NCBI GenBank assembly: GCA_964648205.1
Contig: CAZYNT010000003.1
Span: forward strand, 5,357-69,356
Length of the DNA stretch: 64,000 nt
Source: an uncultured Gammaproteobacteria bacterium
Lineage (GTDB): Bacteria; Patescibacteriota; Patescibacteriia; Patescibacteriales; UBA12465
Direction: 5' to 3'
Position numbers and translations under genes: made by a program
The notes under the pieces: model-generated
The model's database searches: none
Seen by the model: the letters and a program-made list of their open reading frames with translations, nothing else
What the model was told of the DNA's origin: nothing
Part shown: piece by piece, positions 55,006-64,000 of the stretch
Position numbering within the stretch: the first letter of the stretch is position 1
Layout: each line of letters opens with the position of its first letter

Positions 55006-55668
55006 TTAATTGATTAATTTTTGGATTATTATATCTTTGATTATTTGGAAGCCGCCGCTCAGTTTCTGGCCGTAGTGATGGTAAATAACCGTGATAGGAA
55101 CTTCAACTACGCGGTTTTTGTTCTTGAATAGTTTATAAATAATTTCGCTGCAGTGAGCCTTGCCGTCATTTTCGATTTTTAAATCCAAGGCGCTTTGGCG
55201 GCTTAAAGCGCGGAAGCCGCTCTGGGGGTCGCTTAAACGGATATTGAAGAATAAGAGGTTTACAAAACGGGCAAGCGGCATGATGACATATTCTTTAGCC
55301 TTCGGGAGATTCGATTTTTTGGTCAGGAAGCGGGAGCCCAATACGGCGTCAGCCTTATTTTCAAGGATAGGCTTTATCATTTCCGGTATATCGTTTGCCT
55401 GAAATTGGTCGTCGGCGTCAAAATGAATAATAATATCGGCGCCTCTGTCTAAAGCGAGCTGCGTGCCGGTGCGCAAAGCCGCTCCTTGGTCGCGGTTGAT
55501 AATATGGCGGACGGCGATAGCGCCGGCAAGCTTAGCGGCGCGGAAAGTATTATCCTTCGAACCGTCGTCGATTACTATGATTTCATCAACAAAAGGACGG
55601 ACATTATTTATGACTTTTGTAATATTTTTCTCTTCGTTATAAGCGGGGATAACACAGGTTATTTTCAT
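55006..55668 (-). CDS. GT2 polyprenol-phosphate glycosyltransferase (Dpm1/GtrB-like)
   Basis: KITCVIPAYNEEKNI...IVIDDGSKDNT...HFDADDQ. The 220-aa length is typical of the soluble-type enzyme. Confidence 0.8.
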   Translation of the reverse strand: MKITCVIPAYNEEKNITKVINNVRPFVDEIIVIDDGSKDNTFRAAKLAGAIAVRHIINRDQGAALRTGTQLALDRGADIIIHFDADDQFQANDIPEMIKPILENKADAVLGSRFLTKKSNLPKAKEYVIMPLARFVNLLFFNIRLSDPQSGFRALSRQSALDLKIENDGKAHCSEIIYKLFKNKNRVVEVPITVIYHHYGQKLSGGFQIIKDIIIQKLIN

Positions 55669-56672
55669 ACTCTTTCATCTTTCAAGAGGCCGTCTTTTAT
55701 TTTTTTCTGTTTGTCAAAACTGAGCGGCTCGTAGCCTTCTTTGAGCGCCAGGCGGCCTAATTTTTCCCAAAATTTTTCTGCGGCTGTTTCTAATTTAGTT
55801 CCAAGAAGGTGTTTTTTAATATTTGGCGTTAATTCCAAAACCTCGAAAAGTCCGATTGCTTGGCGCTTCTTGGTCCGCTTTAAATCAACAATCCGCTGGT
55901 TAATGATCAGTTTAAGGCTGTCAAGCTTTAATTTCAAGGGCATTTTCATTTTTAGATAACCGGCCAAGATTTCCCAGACCGAGTCGGCGGTTATAGTGCT
56001 TAGGACGAGCCGGCCAGTAGCGGCCGCAGCCGTAGCATCTCTAAGATCGTCTTCAGTTTTTATTTCCGTGATAATGATATCAGAATCAAGTTGCAGGATT
56101 TTGGCCCAATTATTCTTGGTGGCCGGCAGATTATTTATGCCCTCTAAAGGATACTCTAATTTCGACCCTAAAAAATAAAGGCTGCGATCGGGCGTATTTA
56201 TTTTTTGCAGCAGGGAATAGAGCGTGGTGCTTTTGCCTTGGCCATGGGGCGAGCTCAGCAAGATAAGCCCGGAATTTTTATGCAAAGCCGCTTTTATTGT
56301 CTTAAGATGATTTCTCTGCAAACCTAGCTGCTCCAAGCGCAAAAGCCGGTTATTTTTCGGCAGAATATTGATTATTATTTTTTCGCCGCTTCGCGCCGGC
56401 AGAATCGTCAAGTAAAAGGTCAGGCGGCAATTGCTGTCTTCAATTTTGCAATATTTTTTCATGGTTAACTCGTCGGGAGCGATAGAAAGAAGCTGCCGGA
56501 GTGCTAGACCCAGGTTTTTTTCTAGTTTTTTAGGAAGGCCGAAAGAGCGCTCTTCGCCGCCGGGGAAACGGTATCTCAAGGCAACTTTTTGAGGCGCGCT
56601 CTCGATGACTAAGCCATGGGCGCCTTCGCTCAAGGCATAATTAAAAATATGGGAAATGATTTTTTTGCTCAT
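55665..56672 (-). CDS. GspE/PilB-family secretion-ATPase-like protein, short and His-box-degenerate
   Basis: Walker A is SSPHGQGKSTTLYSLL. The Walker B region is DSDIIITEIKTEDD (canonical DPDVIMVGEIRD). The His box reads TGRLVLSTITADS (canonical TGHLVLSTLHTN). It is 335 aa with no tetracysteine motif, and it overlaps the GT2 start by 4 nt. Confidence 0.7.
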   Translation of the reverse strand: MSKKIISHIFNYALSEGAHGLVIESAPQKVALRYRFPGGEERSFGLPKKLEKNLGLALRQLLSIAPDELTMKKYCKIEDSNCRLTFYLTILPARSGEKIIINILPKNNRLLRLEQLGLQRNHLKTIKAALHKNSGLILLSSPHGQGKSTTLYSLLQKINTPDRSLYFLGSKLEYPLEGINNLPATKNNWAKILQLDSDIIITEIKTEDDLRDATAAAATGRLVLSTITADSVWEILAGYLKMKMPLKLKLDSLKLIINQRIVDLKRTKKRQAIGLFEVLELTPNIKKHLLGTKLETAAEKFWEKLGRLALKEGYEPLSFDKQKKIKDGLLKDERV

Positions 56673-56754
56673 AATACTATTATTATACCTTATTTTGTAT
56701 TATTTTAAAATGTGTTAAAATGATTATATTAACCCGCATTTTTGCGGGATTTAA

Positions 56755-57186
56755 GTGTTATTTCAAGACTATATGGCTTATTCTAATTTTTATGCCCGTT
56801 TCCGCACCGCGCTTGATAAAATAAAGCTGTCTTTTAATGTTATTTTTCATTTTCGTCCTGCCCTTGTTTATTCAGCTTTTATTGCCGCTTGGCAAATAGT
56901 CGCCTGGTTCCAGGTTTGGTTCATTCATCGCAAATTAAGCGGCAATATCCTGGTTTTACATTATAACGTTGATTTCGGTATCGATTTGGTGGGCAATCCG
57001 GCGCTCATCTTTCTTTATCCCCTCCTCGGCTTGGGCGTTTTTTTGCTTAATCTGATTATTTTGGCGGTTTTCTATAAAGATAAGAATTTTAAAATTTTGA
57101 CTCATTTTCTTTTGGGCGCCGCCGCTCTATTCGGCTTATTTTTAAGCATCGCGCTTTTAGCGGTTTATCTAATTAATTTTCGTTAA
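56755..57186 (+). CDS. Hypothetical polytopic membrane protein preceding mraY
   Basis: GTG start at 56755, with an alternative ATG at 56773. It has 3-4 hydrophobic helices and no motif I recognise. Confidence 0.4.
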   Translation: MLFQDYMAYSNFYARFRTALDKIKLSFNVIFHFRPALVYSAFIAAWQIVAWFQVWFIHRKLSGNILVLHYNVDFGIDLVGNPALIFLYPLLGLGVFLLNLIILAVFYKDKNFKILTHFLLGAAALFGLFLSIALLAVYLINFR

Positions 57187-57192
57187 GTCATT

Positions 57193-58242
57193 ATGTTGGA
57201 ATTTTATCTGGTTAAAGTTTTGTTTTTCGCCACCCTCGCTTTTATCTTTGCTGCTTTGGCGACTCCGCTTCTGACCCACTATCTTTATAAATATAAATTA
57301 GGTAAAAAAATAAGAAATAACGGCGCGACGCCGATTTTTAGCGAACTCCACGCCCATAAGGCGGGGACGCCGACAATGGGCGGTATTTTGATTTGGGGCA
57401 CGGTTTTATGCTTGATTTTATTGTTTTCCGCTTTTTTCCAATTTTTGCCCGGGGCGATTTTTGAGCACTTGAATTTTCTCTCGCGGGCGGAAACGCTTCT
57501 ACCCCTGGGAGCTCTTATCATTACGGCGCTTATCGGTTTATTTGATGATTGGCTGGATGTCCGAGGCAAGGGAGTGCTCGGCGGCGGCGGTTTAAAATTG
57601 CGCCATCGCATTCTAATTTATACTTTAATTGCGATCGTTCTCGCTCTTTGGTTTTATTTTAAATTAGATTGGACGGTCTTCCATGTTCCTTTTTTGGGTA
57701 ATTTTGAAATCGGCGCCTGGTATATTCCAATTTTTATTTTCGTAATCGTAGCCACCTCCTTTTCAGTCAATGAAACGGACGGTCTGGACGGTCTGGCCGG
57801 CGGCACGCTGCTAATTTCCTTTATGGCCTATGGCGTTATTGCTTTCGCCCTCGGCCGCTATGATTTGGCAACTTTCTGCGGGGCGATTTCCGGAGCTCTC
57901 TCCGCTTTCCTTTGGTTTAATATTCCGCCCGCCCGGTTTTATATGGGAGATACGGGGGCGATGAGCTTGGGCGTTACTTTGGGCGTAATCGCCATGCTTA
58001 CCAATAGCGCCTTATTATTGCTTTTAATCGGCATTATCTTTATGGTAGAGTCCCTGTCGGTTATCATTCAAGTTCTATCCAAGCGATTCCGCGGCAAAAA
58101 GGTTTTTATCTCTTCGCCCATTCATCATCATTTACAAGCTATCGGCTGGCCCGAGGCGAAAGTGGTTATGCGCTTCTGGGTTATCGGGGGAATCGGGACG
58201 GTTATCGCCTTGATGGTTTTTTTATTGGATCAAAAATTTTAA
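57193..58242 (+). CDS. mraY: Phospho-N-acetylmuramoyl-pentapeptide transferase
   Basis: GTPTMGG, DDWLDV, NETDGLDGLAGG, FYMGDTGAMSLG, PIHHHL. Confidence 0.92.
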   Translation: MLEFYLVKVLFFATLAFIFAALATPLLTHYLYKYKLGKKIRNNGATPIFSELHAHKAGTPTMGGILIWGTVLCLILLFSAFFQFLPGAIFEHLNFLSRAETLLPLGALIITALIGLFDDWLDVRGKGVLGGGGLKLRHRILIYTLIAIVLALWFYFKLDWTVFHVPFLGNFEIGAWYIPIFIFVIVATSFSVNETDGLDGLAGGTLLISFMAYGVIAFALGRYDLATFCGAISGALSAFLWFNIPPARFYMGDTGAMSLGVTLGVIAMLTNSALLLLLIGIIFMVESLSVIIQVLSKRFRGKKVFISSPIHHHLQAIGWPEAKVVMRFWVIGGIGTVIALMVFLLDQKF

Positions 58243-58257
58243 GCGTAAAAAATAAGT

Positions 58258-59412
58258 ATGGCCTTCAGTCGTCTGCGAAAAAAAATATTCGCCCCGCGCT
58301 CTAATTCTCATGAACCGGACAAAAGCTTGATAACCGCCATGTTTATTCTTGTTGTTTTCGGTTTGGTTATGCTCTTTAGTGCTTCTTCGGTCGTTTCTTA
58401 TTCGCGCTATGCCAATACTTACCATTATTTTATCCGCCAGTTTGTCTGGGTTCTGCTTTCTCTCGGCGTTTTTTGGGTAGCCTCGCGTATCGATTATCGG
58501 ATTTTAAAAAAATTCGCCGTTTTCTTTTTGTTCGCCTCGATTATTTTATTGTTATTGGTTTTTGTTCCCGGAATCAGAGCCGAATACGGGACGGCGCGCA
58601 GCTGGATCAATATTTTTGGCTATTCCTTCCAGCCTTCGGAATTGGTGAAGCTATCCTTTTTGATTTATCTGGCTACTTGGCTTGAAGCCAAAAAGGGGGA
58701 ATTAAACAGTTTTTCTAGCGGTATTTTGCCTTTTTTGGCGATTTTAGGAGTTATCAGTTTACTAATGCTTGCCCAGCCCGATCTCGGTACTCTATTTATA
58801 ATTGCTTTCACCGCCATGGTTGTTTTTTTTGCCGGCGGCGGCAAGGTAACCCATATTTTTTTAGCGGTTCTTTTAGCCGGCTTGGTTTTGTTTGTCATGT
58901 TGAGCCTGAAAACTTCTTATCAGTCCGATCGCTTTAAATGTTTGAAGGACCCCAGCTATAGCGCGCAGGATAAATGCTATCAGATTAACCAGTCTTTGAT
59001 CGCGGTCGGTTCCGGCGGCTGGTTTGGGCGCGGCTTGGGGGAAAGCCGTCAGAAATTTATGTATCTGCCTGAAGTTTGGGGCGATTCGATTTTCCCGGTC
59101 ATCGCCGAGGAGATAGGCTTTGTCTTCAGCGCTCTTTTAATACTGCTTTATTTGTTTATATTTTATCGCGGCCTGATAATCGCCCGGAACGCTCCTGACA
59201 TGTACGGCAGTTCGCTTGCCGTCGGAATCGTAGTTTGGCTGGCGGTGCAGACATTTTTGAATATCGGGGGGATGATCAATTTAATCCCGATGACGGGCGT
59301 GCCGCTGCCTTTTATTTCGGCCGGCGGATCAGCTATACTCGCCAACTTGATTGCGATGGGAATATTGGTTAATATCAGCAAGCAGACAAAGCAAGCGCGC
59401 CATCATTTTTAG
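58258..59412 (+). CDS. ftsW: SEDS-family peptidoglycan polymerase FtsW/RodA
   Basis: FQPSELVKL, QPDLGT, PEVWGDSIFPVIAEEIGF, PMTGVPLPFISAGGSA. The ftsW assignment follows from the position between mraY and murG. Confidence 0.85.
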   Translation: MAFSRLRKKIFAPRSNSHEPDKSLITAMFILVVFGLVMLFSASSVVSYSRYANTYHYFIRQFVWVLLSLGVFWVASRIDYRILKKFAVFFLFASIILLLLVFVPGIRAEYGTARSWINIFGYSFQPSELVKLSFLIYLATWLEAKKGELNSFSSGILPFLAILGVISLLMLAQPDLGTLFIIAFTAMVVFFAGGGKVTHIFLAVLLAGLVLFVMLSLKTSYQSDRFKCLKDPSYSAQDKCYQINQSLIAVGSGGWFGRGLGESRQKFMYLPEVWGDSIFPVIAEEIGFVFSALLILLYLFIFYRGLIIARNAPDMYGSSLAVGIVVWLAVQTFLNIGGMINLIPMTGVPLPFISAGGSAILANLIAMGILVNISKQTKQARHHF

Positions 59413-59415
59413 ATT

Positions 59416-60510
59416 ATGGAAAAAACAAATCATCAAACAATATTATTTAGTGGCGGCGGTACCGGAGGATCAGTAACGCCGCTTTTGGCCGTCGCTACGG
59501 AGCTTATCTTAGATCGCCCCGATTTGAATTTAGTTTTTGTTGGTGCAAGTTCCGGGCCGGAAAGAGAATTAATCGCTAATTTTAAAGATAAGCCGATTAA
59601 GTTTCTCGAAATTCCGGGCGGCAAATGGCGCCGTTATTTTTCTATTTATAATTTTTTAGATGTCTTTAAAATTATAGCCGCCTTTTTTAAATCATTGGGG
59701 ATCTTGCGCAGAGAAAGGCCGAATTTAGTTATCAGCGCCGGCAGTTTTGTGAGCGTCCCGCTCATTTTGGCCGCGGCCTGCCGCCGCATCCCTATTTTGA
59801 TTCATCAGCAAGACATACGTCCCGGGCTGGCCAATAAATTAATGGCGCCGTTTGCGCGCGTGATTACAGTTACGTTTGAAAAATCATTGATTGATTATGG
59901 CTCGCGGGCCGTTTTAACCGGCAATCCCTTAAAGGACGTTTCCGCCTATAAAGCCAATACCATAGAAACGCGGCGCCAGTATGGTTTTAAAATCGAAATG
60001 CCTTTAGTTTTGGTAATCGGCGGCGGCACGGGAGCCAGCGCGCTCAATTCTTTAATTATTAAATCTTTGCCTGATTTATTGCCGGTTTGCCAAATCGTCC
60101 ATCTGACGGGATACGGCAAAAAAACAGCGGCCGACATTAAAAATGATAATTATCAGTCTTTTGAATTTTTAGATCAGAATGAAGTTTTGCGCCTCATGGC
60201 CGCCGCCGACTTGGTCGTTTCACGTTGCGGCCTCGGCGTTTTAACGGAGCTTTCGGCTCTGGGCAAAGCGGCAATCTTGATTCCCATGCCGCATTCCCAT
60301 CAAGAAGATAATGCCGGCTTTTTCAAGGATCGCGCCGCCGCCGTTGTTTTAGATCAAGACAACTTGAGCGCCGATTCGCTTTCGTCGGAGATAAAGAAAA
60401 TTATTTCCGATGCTAAATTAAGGGGCGGTTTGAGCCAAAATATTATTAAAGTCATGAAACCATTGGCGGCGCAGAATATCGCCGCTATTATTTGGGAGAT
60501 TATAAAATAA
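59416..60510 (+). CDS. murG: UDP-N-acetylglucosamine--lipid I GlcNAc transferase
   Basis: FSGGGTGGSVTPLLAV...HQQD...VIGGGTGASALN...SRCGLGVLTELSALGKAAILIP. Confidence 0.9.
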   Translation: MEKTNHQTILFSGGGTGGSVTPLLAVATELILDRPDLNLVFVGASSGPERELIANFKDKPIKFLEIPGGKWRRYFSIYNFLDVFKIIAAFFKSLGILRRERPNLVISAGSFVSVPLILAAACRRIPILIHQQDIRPGLANKLMAPFARVITVTFEKSLIDYGSRAVLTGNPLKDVSAYKANTIETRRQYGFKIEMPLVLVIGGGTGASALNSLIIKSLPDLLPVCQIVHLTGYGKKTAADIKNDNYQSFEFLDQNEVLRLMAAADLVVSRCGLGVLTELSALGKAAILIPMPHSHQEDNAGFFKDRAAAVVLDQDNLSADSLSSEIKKIISDAKLRGGLSQNIIKVMKPLAAQNIAAIIWEIIK

Positions 60511-60511
60511 A

Positions 60512-61930
60512 ATGAAAAAACGAACTCGCCAGAAAAATATTTATTTAATCGGGATTAAGGGCGTCGGCATGACGATGCTCGCTCAATTTTTGGCCGAAAA
60601 AGGCAATAGAATAAGCGGCTCTGATATCAAAGATACCTTCATGACCGATCGCGTTTTAAAAAAGGAAAAAATAAAGATTTTCAGCCCCTTCGCCCCGGAA
60701 AATATTCCCGAAAAAATTGATTTAATAATCCACTCTTCCGCCTTTACCGCCGAAAATAATGCGGAAATGGCTTTTCTTAGAGACAACCCCGAACGTTTTA
60801 AAAAAATAAGGATTTTATCTTATGCTGAAGCGCTCGGTGAAGTTTTTAATGGTTATTGCGGAATTGCCGTCTGCGGCAGCCACGGCAAGACAACCACTTC
60901 CGCCTGGTTGGGCTATGTCTTGGAAAAATCCGGCAAATCGCCGAACGTTTTGGTCGGCTCCCGCGTGCCGCAATTAAAAGGGAGCAGCCTTTTGGGCAAG
61001 TCTAAATACTTCGTGGCCGAAGTCGATGAGTATCAGAATAAATTGCAGTATTTTAGGCCGCAGGGCGTTATTTTAAATAATATTGAATTTGATCATCCCG
61101 ATTTTTTTAAAGACCAAGCCGCTTACACTAAGGTCTTTGCGGACTTTGTTAAAAAAATTCCGCCAACCGGCTGGCTCGTCGTTAGTAATCGCGATGCCGA
61201 AATCAGAAAAATTAAAAAATATTGTGCGGCGCCAGTTATAACTTATGATATCGCGCCGCTTGGTAAGACAGTCGAAACGGTTAATTATCTCGCTCACAAT
61301 CTGCAATTAAAAAATGGTTATCAGGTTTTTTCGGTTAATGATTGGGGCGAATTTAAGATTAGCTTATGGGGAGAGCACAATATCTATAACGCGCTGGCTG
61401 TTATCGCTTCCGCCCGCGCCCTAAAAGTTTCTATTCCTGATATAAAGAAACATTTAGCCGGATTTAAAGGGACGGAGCGCCGCGCGCAATTATTAGGCAA
61501 GTATAAAGGTGCTCTGATTATTGATGATTACGCGCATCATCCCACGGAAATCAAAACGACTCTTAATGGTTTGCGCGCGCGCTATTCTCAGAAAAAAATA
61601 ATTACAGTTTTCCATCCCCATACCTATACGCGAACAAAAGCCTTGTTTAAAGATTTTATAACTAGTTTCGCCGCCACCGATGAATTAATCGTGTTAGATA
61701 TCTATGGTTCGGCGCGTGAGAAGCAGGGCGGAGTTTCGAGCCGGCAGCTCGCTCAAGAAATTATTAAATATAATAAATCTCAGCAGATTTCTCAATCCGT
61801 CAAATATATCGCGACCATTCCTCAAGCGGCTAGCTATCTAAGTGGCCGGTTAAAAGAAAATAACCTTCTTTTGCTAATGGGAGCCGGTGACGTCTTTAGA
61901 ATCGGAGAGGCTCTGCTTTTTTGTTTTTAA
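60512..61930 (+). CDS. murC: UDP-N-acetylmuramate--L-alanine ligase
   Basis: IGIKGVGMTMLAQFL, AVCGSHGKTTTSAWL, NIEFDHPDFF, DDYAHHPTEI. Confidence 0.9.
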   Translation: MKKRTRQKNIYLIGIKGVGMTMLAQFLAEKGNRISGSDIKDTFMTDRVLKKEKIKIFSPFAPENIPEKIDLIIHSSAFTAENNAEMAFLRDNPERFKKIRILSYAEALGEVFNGYCGIAVCGSHGKTTTSAWLGYVLEKSGKSPNVLVGSRVPQLKGSSLLGKSKYFVAEVDEYQNKLQYFRPQGVILNNIEFDHPDFFKDQAAYTKVFADFVKKIPPTGWLVVSNRDAEIRKIKKYCAAPVITYDIAPLGKTVETVNYLAHNLQLKNGYQVFSVNDWGEFKISLWGEHNIYNALAVIASARALKVSIPDIKKHLAGFKGTERRAQLLGKYKGALIIDDYAHHPTEIKTTLNGLRARYSQKKIITVFHPHTYTRTKALFKDFITSFAATDELIVLDIYGSAREKQGGVSSRQLAQEIIKYNKSQQISQSVKYIATIPQAASYLSGRLKENNLLLLMGAGDVFRIGEALLFCF

Positions 61931-61934
61931 GAAT

Positions 61935-63731
61935 ATGAAGTTAATAGAAGCTAAAACTGAAAATAAAGAAAAAGAAGTGATTTCTTGGGGACGCTTTTGG
62001 GCCGAACTCTGGCAGCTGCTCAGGCCGTTTAGGAAATTATTTTCAATCATCACCGCCTTTGTTGTCGTGTTGGCGGTTTTAGATTTGTTTTCTCCTTACA
62101 TTTTAAAGCTCTTAATAGATAATTTAAGCAGCTTTGACGCCGCTAATATTCTATTTCTCGTCCAGCTGATCGTCTTATATCTCGCTACCAGCCAAGTCCA
62201 CTCCGTGCTCGATTATTTTGCCGATCGCCGCATTTTGAAATTATTGGTGGAAATCGAATATCATTTAGGCATCAAGGCGCAGGCTAAATTAGTCTCGCTC
62301 GACTTAGGGTATCATGAAAGGGAAAACACCGGCGCCAAGATCGTCAAAATCGAACGGGGAATAGATAAAATATCGCAATTTCTCAATAATATTTTCTGGG
62401 AGGTCGGGCCGACAATCATCCAATTACTTTTTACTCTCGTTGCTTTATTTTGGACGGATTGGCGCATCGGCTTGTCATTTTTATTCTTCGCCCCCCTTTA
62501 TTTAATCGTCACCTACTTCGCGAATAAGCGTATGTATCCGATTCGCAAAGAGATTTATCGCGACTACGAAATTGCTTCCGGAAAAATGGGCCAGGCGATT
62601 ATTAATATCAACGCCGTTCAATCTTTCGTGCAGGAAAAACGAGAAATCAAAGAATTCGATAAGATTAAGGAGCATGTCCGCGATAATGAAAACAAGCAAT
62701 ACGGCTGGATGATGAAGGTCGGGCTGGGCCGCAATACTATTATTGATTTAGGCCGCGCCGTCGTCTTGTTTTTGGGAGTTTACTTCGTTTATCGCGGCAT
62801 CTTAAGCGTCGGTACTTTAATCTTTGCTTTTACGCTCAGCGAGAAAGCCTATATCTCCCTTTACCGCCTGTCGCGTTTCTATGATCGGATGGAAGAGGGG
62901 CGCGAAGGAGTTAATCGTCTGCTTAAGTTATTCAACAGCGAGACCGCCATTATTAATAAAAAGAACGGGTATAAGCCGAAAAATATTCAAGGCGAAATTA
63001 AATTTTCCGGAGTATCTTTTTACTATGGCGATAATAAACAACCGGCAGTTAGCAATTTGAATTTTAAAATTAATTCCGGTTGCGTGACTGCGCTCGTCGG
63101 ACCTTCAGGCGGAGGCAAGACCACTCTAGCGCGCCTGATTTATCGCCATTACGACCCTCAAGAGGGCCAAGTGCTTTTAGACGACAGGGATTTGCGCGAT
63201 TATGATTTGAATAGTTTCCGCAAATTCTTGGCCATTGTTCCTCAAGAGGTGGAAATTTTTGATTTAAGCGTCCGGGAAAACATCGCCTATGCTAAGCCGG
63301 AAGCCAGTTTTAAAGAAATCCAGGCGGCGGCGCGCATTGCCAACGCCGAAGAGTTCATCGAGAGATTGGACAAGGGCTACAATACTATGGTTGGCGAGCG
63401 CGGTATAAAATTATCGGGCGGACAAAGGCAGCGGATCGGCATCGCGCGCGCCATTCTCGCTAATCCGCGGATTCTTATTTTCGATGAAGCAACTTCCAAT
63501 CTTGATAGCCAAAGCGAGGTTCTGATTCAAGACGCGATGGAAAAAATCAGCAAGAATCGAACGATGATTATTATTGCCCATCGCCTGAGCACCATTAAAA
63601 AAGCCGATAAGATTATCGTGCTTGAGAATGGCCAAGTGGCCGAAGAGGGAAGCCACAGCGAGCTCGCCCAAGTCAACGGCGGCTTGTATTCCAAGCTTTT
63701 GAATCTGCAAAAAATAGGTGACGTAGAGTAA
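61935..63731 (+). CDS. ABC exporter, fused TMD-NBD (MsbA/Type IV exporter-like), catalytically canonical
   Basis: I place the start at MKLIEAKTEN. Walker A is GPSGGGKTT, the signature is LSGGQRQR, Walker B is ILIFDEATS and the H-loop is IIAHRL. Confidence 0.88.
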   Translation: MKLIEAKTENKEKEVISWGRFWAELWQLLRPFRKLFSIITAFVVVLAVLDLFSPYILKLLIDNLSSFDAANILFLVQLIVLYLATSQVHSVLDYFADRRILKLLVEIEYHLGIKAQAKLVSLDLGYHERENTGAKIVKIERGIDKISQFLNNIFWEVGPTIIQLLFTLVALFWTDWRIGLSFLFFAPLYLIVTYFANKRMYPIRKEIYRDYEIASGKMGQAIININAVQSFVQEKREIKEFDKIKEHVRDNENKQYGWMMKVGLGRNTIIDLGRAVVLFLGVYFVYRGILSVGTLIFAFTLSEKAYISLYRLSRFYDRMEEGREGVNRLLKLFNSETAIINKKNGYKPKNIQGEIKFSGVSFYYGDNKQPAVSNLNFKINSGCVTALVGPSGGGKTTLARLIYRHYDPQEGQVLLDDRDLRDYDLNSFRKFLAIVPQEVEIFDLSVRENIAYAKPEASFKEIQAAARIANAEEFIERLDKGYNTMVGERGIKLSGGQRQRIGIARAILANPRILIFDEATSNLDSQSEVLIQDAMEKISKNRTMIIIAHRLSTIKKADKIIVLENGQVAEEGSHSELAQVNGGLYSKLLNLQKIGDVE

Positions 63732-63788
63732 TCAGTAGAGTAATCATTCGGATTTTACTAATCTCTTTATTTTTACTATAATTAAATC

Positions 63789-64000
63789 ATGTTGAAGATA
63801 GAAAAAAACATTGATTTAGCCCAGTATACAACGCTTAAAATCGGCCAACCAGCCGAATTTTTTGCCGTTATTAGAAGCTTAGAAGAGCTGAGAGAGGCGA
63901 TTTCTTGGGCGAAGGAAAATAAAGAAAAAATTTATATTCTCGGCGGCGGTTCCAATTTGCTTATCACCCAAAGAATTAAAGGCTTGGTTTTAAAGAATGA
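63789..64000 (+). CDS. murB: UDP-N-acetylenolpyruvoylglucosamine reductase, 5' part (truncated by the window end)
   Basis: My own translation from ATG 63789 gives MLKIEKNIDLAQYTTLKIGQPAEFFAVIRSLEELREAISWAKENKEKIYILGGGSNLLI. This has the typical MurB N-terminus (YTT.KIGG.A and ILGGGSNLL). The frame is open to the window end and the ORF is absent from the supplied track. Confidence 0.8.
   Translation, partial: MLKIEKNIDLAQYTTLKIGQPAEFFAVIRSLEELREAISWAKENKEKIYILGGGSNLLITQRIKGLVLKN

Overview
The window is a compact, gene-dense, AT-leaning bacterial chromosome segment with about 65 CDS. I found no rRNA, tRNA, CRISPR array, transposase, integrase or reverse transcriptase. By inference only, the gene content suggests a streamlined Patescibacteria/CPR-like organism. 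The supporting features are short intergenic gaps, many 1-17 nt gene overlaps, TTG starts, a minimal ProRS, a type-2 IleRS, a membrane pyrophosphatase, and many glycosyltransferases and surface proteins.

Layout:
- 53-2894: an ABC-like protein with a degenerate ATPase domain, then a membrane-anchored PLD protein.
- 2942-3709: an HTH/Doc toxin-antitoxin pair with its promoter-operator region.
- 3848-15826: a two-armed surface-glycan locus. It encodes a flippase, GT4, several GT2, GT11, three methyltransferases, an RmlD-like/GDP-mannose-3,5-epimerase fusion and a priming phosphotransferase. The central part looks much more AT-rich than its flanks.
- 15934-18396: a membrane pyrophosphatase.
- 18646-21279: an 877-aa secreted repeat protein.
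- 21292-28402: a housekeeping run of holB, a BNR lipoprotein, frr, rseP, hpf and secA.
- 28403-33835: an accessory island between secA and ileS. It carries Fic, a signal-less SleB-type muramidase, a structured intergenic element, and a Bro-N/DinD-like + 2-TM peptide + ASCH + NDT/DNPH1-like + acidic protein cassette.
- 33836-43214: ileS, a U32-family gene, ruvA, proS and mreBCD.
- 43241-46459: a sugar-nucleotide cluster.
- 46464-47957: a receiver-only response regulator and a second mreB.
- 47993-52347: GT4, an S8 protease fused to FG-GAP repeats, and a UXS-like gene.
- 52449-56672 (minus strand): a five-gene operon of a His-box-less GspE/PilB-like ATPase, GT2, DUF2304, GT4 and GT4.
- 56755-64000: a rearranged dcw cluster (mraY, ftsW, murG, murC, an ABC exporter, murB).

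The best candidates for something undescribed are the secA-ileS island and its five-gene cassette, the degenerate secretion-ATPase/glycosyltransferase operon, and the epimerase fusion paired with a GT11 enzyme. All family assignments rest on motifs read by eye from the translations. No database search was run.
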